From the NCBI GenBank assembly GCA_038057125.1, contig JBBUDU010000002.1:687-64686 (forward strand): a DNA stretch of 64,000 nt, written 5' to 3'. This document shows positions 40,935-48,930 of the stretch, piece after piece (position 1 is the first letter of the stretch; the number at the start of each line of letters is the position of its first letter). Made by a program: the position numbers and the translations under genes. This DNA comes from Patescibacteria group bacterium. GTDB taxonomy: Bacteria > Patescibacteriota > Minisyncoccia > Phycocordibacterales > UBA1550. Below the pieces are notes generated by a model that saw only the letters and a program-made list of their open reading frames with translations, had not been told where the DNA came from and ran no database searches.

Positions 40935-41044
40935 ATATTAGCTCCTCGGCTCGGAAATAAAAAAAATAATTCTCACAATACCATGCTATCGCGCGGTATT
41001 GTGAGAATTACTTTTTTATTCCACTCGCTCTACGTCGCTAATAA
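40935..41044 (+). repeat. R1 repeat element copy with long internal hairpin
   Basis: R1 conserved ends. Internal taattctcacaatacc...ggtattgtgagaatta perfect inverted repeat. 40 nt upstream of the ATPase start codon. Confidence 0.55.
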
Positions 41045-41088
41045 CCCATCCTAAAAACGAAAAAACTGACCGAAACCGGATTACTCGT

Positions 41089-42300
41089 TTACATTGCTGA
41101 CAGCTTGTCAAAAACCCGCTCTTTCATATTGCGCGCAATAAGAGACCAATCATATTTTTCAGCTACCAATGTGCGTCCGTTTACAAAAAGGCGATTACGA
41201 AGCGTGGGGTCGCTTCGTAAACGCTCTATCTGCATTGCAATACTTGCAGGGTCATTGATGTTCGCAAAAAGTCCAGTTGGCTCATGGTCCGGATTTTGCT
41301 CAGGGTCAAACAAAAAATCCGGAATACCGCCCACGGGAGTGGCAATAACGGAAACACCTGCCGCCATTGCTTCGAGAAACGAATTACCCAACCCCTCGGA
41401 GCGCGACGGCCGAATAAAAACATCCGACACCTTGAGATATCTTGGCATCTCATTATGGAGTACCTGCCCGAGAAATTGCACACGATCCCCGACACCTTTT
41501 TCTTTTGCGAGTTTGCGAAGCATTGCTTCATCGGGTCCAATACCAAGAATCAAAAATTTTACTTCACTGGGAAGGAGCGGAAGCGCGCGAATAACCTCAT
41601 CCACCGCATTCTTTGACACCATGCGCGAAGTGGTAATGAGAAAAAAATCACCATCTTTCTTGCCAAGCCTATGCTTCAAAATAGATAGTTCTTTTTCTGG
41701 GTACTCCTGCGCAAAATGCGACACATTTACCGCATTTGGCACAACCTCGAGCGGTCCCACATATCCCATATTGCGCGCAAAACCCGCAAGATAATGAGAT
41801 ATTGTCTGCACAAAATCAGCGTGAGAAAAAATACGCCTGAAAAGCGGGTATACGAACCGCACACGATGGTTTATGTATGTAATCGGGTCGCTCTCTTGAA
41901 GAGTCAATAAAAAACGTATGCGCGGATATCGCATTTTGAAGAAGAGCGCCGCAAAGCCGGCATAGTTCGCCATCATCGCCCAAACACTATCGTAATGGTT
42001 CTTCTTGTGGAGTTTGCGCGCTTTCAAAAATCCAAGAATCGGGAAAAAATACTTATTGAGCGCTAGCGGAAACTTCACTAAATCCGCTATTTCAGGATGC
42101 ATGCGAGTAAACCCTATGCGGTACACGTTCACATTTCCCATTCGCTCAAACTTCGGAAGAGCAGAGTCAAAACGAAGCGTTACCATATCAAACACAATGT
42201 CCTCGGGCGATATACGGTCTGTGATTTCTTTTATCGCAACCTCCGCCCCGCTGACGACATCAGGATAGTATGCAAGTGAAAAAATAAGAATGCGTTTCAT
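41089..42300 (-). CDS. glycosyltransferase family 4 (GT-B fold)
   Basis: C-terminal EGLGNSFLEAMAAGVSVIAT motif. Confidence 0.85.
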   Translation of the reverse strand: MKRILIFSLAYYPDVVSGAEVAIKEITDRISPEDIVFDMVTLRFDSALPKFERMGNVNVYRIGFTRMHPEIADLVKFPLALNKYFFPILGFLKARKLHKKNHYDSVWAMMANYAGFAALFFKMRYPRIRFLLTLQESDPITYINHRVRFVYPLFRRIFSHADFVQTISHYLAGFARNMGYVGPLEVVPNAVNVSHFAQEYPEKELSILKHRLGKKDGDFFLITTSRMVSKNAVDEVIRALPLLPSEVKFLILGIGPDEAMLRKLAKEKGVGDRVQFLGQVLHNEMPRYLKVSDVFIRPSRSEGLGNSFLEAMAAGVSVIATPVGGIPDFLFDPEQNPDHEPTGLFANINDPASIAMQIERLRSDPTLRNRLFVNGRTLVAEKYDWSLIARNMKERVFDKLSAM

Positions 42301-42398
42301 CCCGTTAGAAGTTCCCCACGATTAGCTGGCAATGGTTCAAATAAATCATATTGTTTAAATGTCTGATACTTCTAACGGGATTTATGGCTCAATAGAAC

Positions 42399-43094
42399 TC
42401 AATATCCTCCGCGTTCAGTAACTGTTGCGTAGTAAGTGACATAATAAGTCGGATACCAGCATTTTAATATCCCATTCTTGTACCAGCACTCTTTACCGTA
42501 GGTACTTCCTGTGCAAGACTCGGTGGGAGTATCGGAGAAAGCATGACTGCCAGTATTGCAACCAGTTTGCGTTATTATGTAGTTCCATCCCTCGGGAGCT
42601 TGGACGAAGCCGTCACCATACACATTTTGTGTTGTGGTCCAATTTAGCGGATACTGCGTCCATCCAGAAGGGAATGAAGGAGCGAAAGCACAAATATTCT
42701 TCGCTTCGCCTATTTCGCGCACAGTCCCGCCTGCCGTGATGCAGTCTCTAAATGTATGAATTGCCCGTATAATGAGGCCTCTAGGCTCAGATGTAAGGGA
42801 GCCCAAACATATGGTCGTAGTACCGACCACCGTGCAAACATTACCAGTCACATTAATATTTCCTATTACCGTGAGTGGCGCTGGTGTGACTGCTGTTCCA
42901 ATGGTGAGTGAGCCGAGTTTTACCTGTGGTGGTATTGTTGCACTCGTGGTGATTGGTGCAGAAATATTCCCAGCCGGCGGAGTTGCTGTCGGTGCCGCCC
43001 ATACGAGAGCATAGCTCAACCCCATAGCGAGAATAACAGCGAGAGAAAAAAGTTTGAGAGCGTTTAGCAGTTTGGTTACAGTGTTGGTTTTCAT
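42399..43094 (-). CDS. Cys-rich secreted protein, paralog family A (copy 1)
   Basis: Signal peptide MKTNTVTKLLNALKLFSLAVILAMGLSYA. Conserved GWTQYP.NWTTTQNVY and CNTGSH.FS.TPTESC blocks shared with 46978-47670 and 48931-49617. Confidence 0.6.
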   Translation of the reverse strand: MKTNTVTKLLNALKLFSLAVILAMGLSYALVWAAPTATPPAGNISAPITTSATIPPQVKLGSLTIGTAVTPAPLTVIGNINVTGNVCTVVGTTTICLGSLTSEPRGLIIRAIHTFRDCITAGGTVREIGEAKNICAFAPSFPSGWTQYPLNWTTTQNVYGDGFVQAPEGWNYIITQTGCNTGSHAFSDTPTESCTGSTYGKECWYKNGILKCWYPTYYVTYYATVTERGGY

Positions 43095-43147
43095 GAAAAA
43101 TTGTTTAGTATCGCTTTCTTTAATTAAATAAAAGCAGTGTGCTCACT

Positions 43148-43222
43148 CTTATAATGACAAACGAGGAGCGCGTGGACAAGTAGTCTCGTACACAGCGTCC
43201 GAGTGATGTCATTATATGTACT
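43148..43222 (+). repeat. R2 repeat element copy
   Basis: cttataatgacaaacgagga...tccgagtgatgtcattatat. Identical to the 47718-47792 copy. Confidence 0.5.
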
Positions 43223-43225
43223 CAT

Positions 43226-43292
43226 ATATTAGCTCCTCGGCTCGAAAATGACAAGAGTACTTTTCATTTCTCTCGCTCTACGTCGCTAATCA
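43226..43292 (+). repeat. R1 repeat element copy
   Basis: atattagctcctcggctcgaaaatgacaagagtacttttcatttctctcgctctacgtcgctaatcac. Abuts the stop codon of the small TM protein gene. Confidence 0.55.
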
Positions 43293-43631
43293 CTATCTGG
43301 CATTTTCCGCAAGAGCTTCCAGAATCTTTAGTTTCTCGGCGGTGGTAGTGACTGTGTCTGCGGGGGCTCGTTTTGCAATAGCGCTCAAAATACGCATCTT
43401 TTCAACTTGGGATGTCGTGTCTTTTGGGATTGCTTGCGCTAGGTCTGTCAAAATCTTCATTCTTTCTTCATGCGTGTAAACTCTCTTTTCGATGATAGCT
43501 GTTTTTACTTCTGTCTGTGGCGTGTACCACTTTTTTACAAAGAGAACTCCAGCAACAACCAAGACCGCTACAAGAGCGATTGTTAAAAACTTCTTTCCGC
43601 CTCCACTCTGTGTTGTTTCTTCTGTATCCAC
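43293..43631 (-). CDS. small single-pass membrane protein with three E.M.IL..L helical repeats (partner of family A, copy 1)
   Basis: MDTEETTQ...KKFLTIALVAVLVVAGVLFV TM. EERMKILTDLAQAIP / VEKMRILSAIAKRAP / AEKLKILEALAENAR repeats. ~80% identical to 47869-48210. Confidence 0.6.
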   Translation of the reverse strand: MDTEETTQSGGGKKFLTIALVAVLVVAGVLFVKKWYTPQTEVKTAIIEKRVYTHEERMKILTDLAQAIPKDTTSQVEKMRILSAIAKRAPADTVTTTAEKLKILEALAENAR

Positions 43632-43749
43632 ATATCAAGTATACCCTTGCATATGCTTTTTGTAAACAACTTGTACAGTTAACCTTATGAGGTATTCTAT
43701 CAACTAACAGGTGTTGCACTTCAGGGTTGAATGTACCCAAGGGGGGGGT

Positions 43750-43790
43750 TGACAAAAAGGTGCAAAGTGTGTATACTTTCCCTATACAAT
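43750..43790 (+). promoter_or_regulatory. sigma-70-like promoter for GNAT gene
   Basis: G-run then TTGACA, 17 nt spacer, TATACT. RBS AAGGAGG 8 nt before ATG. Confidence 0.6.
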
Positions 43791-43812
43791 TCTTTATAGA
43801 AGGAGGTTCCAA

Positions 43813-44403
43813 ATGACTACGTTTCTTGAAAATCGTCGTATCAGATTGCGCCCTGTTGAAGAAAAAGATCTACCAACTCTATACATGTGGAGAAATGAAT
43901 TTGATTTTTTAAGTTTATTTTCTCCGCATCGAAACATTATAAACTACGAAAAGTTTGTAGTTGAACACAAGAGAGATACAGATAAATCACGACATATACA
44001 GTTTGTCGTGGAATCTATTAGGGGGAATGCTGCTGTCGGCATTGCCTATTCATATAATCTCAGTACCACGGACGGTTATGTATTTTTGGGAGGTTATATT
44101 GCAAAGACATCTCGTGGGAATGGGTACGGAGCAATCGCTATGGCTATGGTAATCTCATACCTCTTTCAATTTTTCCCGCTTCATAAAATATATTTTGAAG
44201 TCTATGAATACAACGAGCAATCAATCTCAATGCTTCAAAATTTTGGCTTCGTTGAAGAGGGGAGGTTCAAGGGTCATCGCTTTTATGATGGTAAGAGGCA
44301 TGATGTATTGAGGTTTGCGCTCTATCGGGATGAGTTGGACAAAGTTAAGTCGCTACTTTCAAGGATTAGTAGAACACTATATAAAGACTTGGCAAGAATG
44401 TAA
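43813..44403 (+). CDS. GNAT family N-acetyltransferase (RimJ/RimL-like)
   Basis: Acetyl-CoA binding motif A region (GGYIAKTSRGNGYGAIAM), 196 aa. Confidence 0.85.
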   Translation: MTTFLENRRIRLRPVEEKDLPTLYMWRNEFDFLSLFSPHRNIINYEKFVVEHKRDTDKSRHIQFVVESIRGNAAVGIAYSYNLSTTDGYVFLGGYIAKTSRGNGYGAIAMAMVISYLFQFFPLHKIYFEVYEYNEQSISMLQNFGFVEEGRFKGHRFYDGKRHDVLRFALYRDELDKVKSLLSRISRTLYKDLARM

Positions 44404-44477
44404 CTAGTATGCTAAGTTAGTAAAAGATTCATTGACGGGCGTCAGTGGACATAATCAACTCCATAAAAGGAGACATC

Positions 44478-44621
44478 ATGAAAAAGCAGATAGGTTCCCC
44501 ATTTCACTGTGCAGTTGGCGGCGGTGATGGGGACGGTCGTGACGGAGAGCAAGAGGACGGAACAGGTCCAGCGAGTCCTGACCCAGGCGGGGATGAAGGC
44601 GACGGCAACAACGGTGATTAA
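44478..44621 (+). CDS. putative 47 aa Gly/Asp-rich small peptide
   Basis: RBS AAAAGGAGA 5 nt before ATG. ORF ends 10 nt before a strong terminator. Sequence MKKQIGSPFHCAVGGGDGDGRDGEQEDGTGPASPDPGGDEGDGNNGD. Not in the ORF track (<60 aa). Confidence 0.35.
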   Translation: MKKQIGSPFHCAVGGGDGDGRDGEQEDGTGPASPDPGGDEGDGNNGD

Positions 44622-44631
44622 TCACCAAGAA

Positions 44632-44676
44632 GTAGTACGAAGTCCCTCGTGTGTGAACAACACGAGGGACTTTTTT
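44632..44676. terminator. bidirectional terminator
   Basis: agtccctcgtgtgtgaacaacacgagggact followed by tttttt. Confidence 0.7.
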
Positions 44677-45337
44677 ATTTGTACATTTTTATAAATTGCT
44701 CAATCAATTCTCTGTGCCCACGCTCCTCCACAATTTTCAACGCGCGGATATAATCTTTCGATTTTGTTGTACTAATATATTTTTCAAATCTTTCTTTATC
44801 ATTCAATACTTCCAAATAAATATATCTAAGAACTGCATATACAATAACATGAACTTGTGTGACATGGCTTTCATTTGGGAACATTTTTTCTTCGATGCTT
44901 ATAGGGACTTTCTCACCATTGTCAGTTAAAATAACGTGTATTAGTTCATGAATTAGTGTGTCTACAAAACGAGCAGGATTACTATAATCACCCTTGATAA
45001 CGAGTGGCTCACTCAATTGTCTCGGATTCCCGCTTACAATATAGACAGGAATAACATTTCTATAGAAATCTAATCTAAGGATATTACAGATACCTCGAAG
45101 TATCTTTTCTTCGTCTCTCTTCCATTCTTTGCGGAATAACTTTATGTTTTCATCTAGTTTTTCACGCGACATTGGTACCCAGTCACCCCACCCTTTTTTC
45201 AGTTCAGGATTATTTTGGCAATAAAAAATAAAGATAGGGTCAAGGAGTTTGCTGTACCGTATGATAATTTGAGGTAATTTTTTTCGGAATTTGAATAAAT
45301 GTAGCATTCTTGTTTTGTTCACACATTGTAACATCAT
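44675..45337 (-). CDS. HExxH-motif putative zinc metallopeptidase
   Basis: LIHELIHVIL with downstream E (NESH). 220 aa, no TM. Confidence 0.5.
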   Translation of the reverse strand: MMLQCVNKTRMLHLFKFRKKLPQIIIRYSKLLDPIFIFYCQNNPELKKGWGDWVPMSREKLDENIKLFRKEWKRDEEKILRGICNILRLDFYRNVIPVYIVSGNPRQLSEPLVIKGDYSNPARFVDTLIHELIHVILTDNGEKVPISIEEKMFPNESHVTQVHVIVYAVLRYIYLEVLNDKERFEKYISTTKSKDYIRALKIVEERGHRELIEQFIKMYK

Positions 45338-45633
45338 AATAATGTAAGCTCAAACCCCAAGTAACTTATCTGGAGAAAATGGGATGACTTAGCGCGTATC
45401 GTGTTCCCGTTCTCCATTGAAAGGAGGGTGCAAGTCACGATTGTTCATTTTCTCAAATAGAAAAGCGACTACATTTCGTTGGAAATTTACCATCACGGGG
45501 GGGTTGACAAATTCAAGTAACTGGTATATCATTAAAAGTGGATTGAGTTATTTGTTAATTAAATCACTCTCTGTCAACATTGTGTTGATTGAGTAGAGAA
45601 ATCTTACGTTTCACCTACAAAAGGAGTCTCGTC

Positions 45634-46893
45634 ATGAAAAACCTATTGAAGTTGCTTGGCATTTTTGCTTTTGCGATTGTTGCCACCGCATGCGGTGGTG
45701 GCGGTGGAGGTGGAGGAGGCGGAACGGCGGGGACATCTCCGCCCCCGCCGCCTATTCCGACTTACAGCATTTCCGGCACGACGATTGCCAATGCGGTGAT
45801 CAGCGTTAGCGGACCAACAACAGCAATAGCTGTGGCTGATGCGGGTGGTAATTACAGCTTGCTTCTCGCAAACGGTCTTTACACATTCGCGCCAACTCTT
45901 GCGGGGTATGTCTTTAGTCCAGTGAGCAGAGAGGTGGGCGTGAACGGCGCAAATGTTTCGGGAGTTAATTTTTCCGCGACAATAGCGCCACCGCCGCCAG
46001 TGCCATTAACAGGCAAACTTGTGTATCCGGTGAAGATTATTACTGTATTTGACTACGTCTATTTAATGGATTTGGCAACGACGGTAACAACCAACGTTGG
46101 ACTTATTGACGTTAATCGAACGCTTGAGTTTACATTCGTTACAAATCGTACGAATAACCTTTTGGTGTACAATGCAAGCTATCCGACCTCAAAAAGCGAA
46201 TACTTCATTGGCATCGCAAAGATTCCATTGGTAGTGAACGCGCTTCCAGTTCAGGTAGTCTACGGCCATATTGATTGGACACCAGGATGCTCAAGCGTAC
46301 CACAGGGAAGCTTCGATCTCACGCAGAACGCGGATGTCGTAGTTTTTTCAAGCGTTTGTTCTGCAGTGCCGAATGGAAATGACATCGTTTTGATGCTTAT
46401 GGACGGATCTATGTTCTGGGTACGAGTTACCAGTGGCCCTGATCTGGATACATCACCAGCGATGTGTAGCGCAGGCGACAAGAACAGTGTGTTAACTGTG
46501 TGTTTCGTCAGAAACGGCACTGAAATACGGAAACAGGTTGTTGATCCGACGAACGATTCACTGATCGGGCCTTCAACTGTTCTCGTTAGTAATATCATGG
46601 ATGGTAAACGCGCTATGTCAGTCAACCCCACCTATACGCATCTGGCATTTATGAAAAATGTGGGTGGAGTACCTCACATTACAGTGATGCCTTTGTCTGG
46701 TGGTGTGGAAGTTGATCTGGTACCTGGCTCCAATCCATACTGGGCGCTCGATGGCAGTAACAGAATTATGTATACTGCAAACGGGTCTCGGTGGGCAATA
46801 AACCAGGATGGGACAGGGAATATGCAATTACCAACTCCAGGTAACTTAACAGGAAGTGTAGATCAGCTCGTATTTGGTCCGGCTGGATTCTAA
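45634..46893 (+). CDS. lipoprotein with carboxypeptidase-regulatory-like domain and TolB-like beta-propeller
   Basis: Lipobox AIVATAC followed by poly-Gly/Pro linker. CarboxypepD_reg-like ISGTTIANAVISVSGP...AGGNYSL..ANGLYTF. C-terminal PD40-like repeats. Start re-set to ATG 45634 with AAGGAG RBS. TTGACA promoter preceded by a G-run at ~45500. Confidence 0.65.
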   Translation: MKNLLKLLGIFAFAIVATACGGGGGGGGGGTAGTSPPPPPIPTYSISGTTIANAVISVSGPTTAIAVADAGGNYSLLLANGLYTFAPTLAGYVFSPVSREVGVNGANVSGVNFSATIAPPPPVPLTGKLVYPVKIITVFDYVYLMDLATTVTTNVGLIDVNRTLEFTFVTNRTNNLLVYNASYPTSKSEYFIGIAKIPLVVNALPVQVVYGHIDWTPGCSSVPQGSFDLTQNADVVVFSSVCSAVPNGNDIVLMLMDGSMFWVRVTSGPDLDTSPAMCSAGDKNSVLTVCFVRNGTEIRKQVVDPTNDSLIGPSTVLVSNIMDGKRAMSVNPTYTHLAFMKNVGGVPHITVMPLSGGVEVDLVPGSNPYWALDGSNRIMYTANGSRWAINQDGTGNMQLPTPGNLTGSVDQLVFGPAGF

Positions 46894-46977
46894 ATTATCA
46901 CTAGCTAGGATTGAAGCAGTAAATTAAAAAACCCAGTCTCTTTAAGAGACTGGGTTTTCTTTTTTGTCACGGAAAAA

Positions 46978-47670
46978 TTAGTACGCCCCTCTTTCAATAA
47001 CGGTCGCGTAGCAGGTGGTTGAAGTGGTTGCGGGGTCATTGAAGCAGTCATACCAGCTGTTTCGATAATCACACACAACTATAGTGCCGGTAGAAGTTGA
47101 AATACAAGACTCTGTGGGAGTGTTAGAAAAAGTATGACTACCTGTATTACATGGGCTTGTCGTCCAACCAATTGGAGTTGGGTCTACACAATATACATTT
47201 TGGGTGGTGGTCCAATTTGACGGATACTGCGTCCACCCAGCAATCAAAGAAGGAAGCCTGCAAACATATTTCGCGGCGTCTATTTCATGCGTGGTTCCAC
47301 CTGCGGCGGTACAGTCTGTAGAAGTGTGAGCTGCGCGGATAAGGAAAGGCTGACCAACATATGAGGTGGAAGTGGCGTTCGCGTTGCTCAAACATCTTCC
47401 TCCAGATATACCCGTGCAGATATCCGCCGTTCCGCTCATGGTACCAAACACCGAAAGTGTCTGTGGCGAAAGTGCTGTTCCGATGGTAAGCGCCCCTGCT
47501 TTCACCTGCGCATCAGCACTTATGTTTATAGGCTTCGGCGCGTTCCCAGCCGGAGGGTTTGCTGGTGCTCCAACCCACGTGGCGGCATAACTCACGCCAA
47601 ACGAAAGAACAGCTACGAGAACGAAAAATTTGAGAGCGTTTAGCAGTTTGGTTACAATGTTGGTTTTCAT
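46978..47670 (-). CDS. Cys-rich secreted protein, paralog family A (copy 2)
   Basis: Signal peptide MKTNIVTKLLNALKFFVLVAVLSFGVSYA. Conserved C-terminal blocks ...PCNTGSHTFSNTPTESC...CYATVIERGAY. Confidence 0.6.
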   Translation of the reverse strand: MKTNIVTKLLNALKFFVLVAVLSFGVSYAATWVGAPANPPAGNAPKPINISADAQVKAGALTIGTALSPQTLSVFGTMSGTADICTGISGGRCLSNANATSTSYVGQPFLIRAAHTSTDCTAAGGTTHEIDAAKYVCRLPSLIAGWTQYPSNWTTTQNVYCVDPTPIGWTTSPCNTGSHTFSNTPTESCISTSTGTIVVCDYRNSWYDCFNDPATTSTTCYATVIERGAY

Positions 47671-47717
47671 GAAAAATTGTTTAGTATCGCTTTCTTTAAT
47701 TAAATAAAAGCAGTGTG

Positions 47718-47792
47718 CTCACTCTTATAATGACAAACGAGGAGCGCGTGGACAAGTAGTCTCGTACACAGCGTCCGAGTGATGTCATTATA
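47718..47792 (+). repeat. R2 repeat element copy
   Basis: Identical to 43148-43222. Confidence 0.5.
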
Positions 47793-47800
47793 TGTACTCA

Positions 47801-47868
47801 TATATTAGCTCCTCGGCTCGGAAATGACAAGAGTACTTTTCATTTCTCTCACTCTACGTCGCTAATCA
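47801..47868 (+). repeat. R1 repeat element copy
   Basis: Near-identical to 43226-43292. Confidence 0.55.
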
Positions 47869-48210
47869 CTATCTGGCATTTGCCGCAAGAGCTTCCAGAA
47901 TCTTTAGTTTCTCTGCTGTGGAGGTGGCTCCGTCTATTGGGACTTTTTTAGAAAGATTGCTCAAAATACGCATTTTTTCAACTTGGGATGTTGTGTCTTT
48001 GGGGATCGCTTGCGATAGGTCTGTCAAAATCTTCATTCTTTCTTCATGCGTGTAAACTCTCTTTGTTGCAATAGCGGTTTTTGTCTCTGCCGGTTTCGGC
48101 ATATACCACTTTTTTACAAAAAGAACTCCGACAACAACCAAAACTGCGACTAGCGCGATTATTAAAAACTTTTTCTTGCTTTCATTTTGTGTTGTTTCTT
48201 CTGTATCCAC
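47869..48210 (-). CDS. small single-pass membrane protein with helical repeats (partner, copy 2)
   Basis: Paralog of 43293-43631. Confidence 0.6.
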   Translation of the reverse strand: MDTEETTQNESKKKFLIIALVAVLVVVGVLFVKKWYMPKPAETKTAIATKRVYTHEERMKILTDLSQAIPKDTTSQVEKMRILSNLSKKVPIDGATSTAEKLKILEALAANAR

Positions 48211-48268
48211 ATATCAAGTATACCCTTGCATATGCTTTTTGTATACCCCCGCGCCTCACATTTGAATT

Positions 48269-48892
48269 TCAACTGACAAGCGGATCTTTCTTGAGTATTT
48301 TTTTAAAAAAGAACATTACACCCAAAAAAGAAACGCAAGCTACCAAAAAGTTTTCACCGTAGTAATACAGAAGATTCATTAATGGGCTTTCTACAACACC
48401 GCTCTTAAGGAACCCGCATCTCCTGAATACACAATTTGTATTCATGCTACTATCGGTAAAAATATATGTTGCTGGCGCAAGGAAAAGAAAATAAATAAAC
48501 ACCATAAATGGAAAGGATTTTCTTGAAAAACCAAGAACATATGTTCCATAAAATGCTATCGGGATTAGAATCGTGTGGAGGAATATCGTGGAAAAAACAA
48601 TAAGCATATTTTTTTCATAAAAAACCCATTGAGAAAAACCTATGCTATCCCCGCCAAAAAGGACACGAATGAAATCAAAAACCCATGGGGCTTCCAACGG
48701 AATAGCGGTAAAAAGTACGGCATTTACAATATAATTCCTCTTTGTGAGAATCCCTATAGCCCCGAGAATCGCCGAAAAATTGGAATACCAAAAAAGTACT
48801 CTCCATCCTTCTGTTCCAAGATGCGCATAAATATTCAAAAGACCCGCAAAAAGAAGCACTGCTCCTGCGATGTTTAGATAAGACCTTTTCAT
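48269..48892 (-). CDS. hypothetical multipass membrane protein
   Basis: 6-7 hydrophobic helices. Start re-set to MKRSYLNIAG. Confidence 0.4.
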   Translation of the reverse strand: MKRSYLNIAGAVLLFAGLLNIYAHLGTEGWRVLFWYSNFSAILGAIGILTKRNYIVNAVLFTAIPLEAPWVFDFIRVLFGGDSIGFSQWVFYEKNMLIVFSTIFLHTILIPIAFYGTYVLGFSRKSFPFMVFIYFLFLAPATYIFTDSSMNTNCVFRRCGFLKSGVVESPLMNLLYYYGENFLVACVSFLGVMFFFKKILKKDPLVS

Positions 48893-48930
48893 AGAAAAAG
48901 CGGATTTATAAAGACCGAGCGGAAGGAAAA

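Noticed and set aside
44509-44694. 61 aa ORF overlapping the Gly/Asp-rich peptide in another frame
   Set aside because: No RBS, GTG start, and it reads straight through the terminator hairpin
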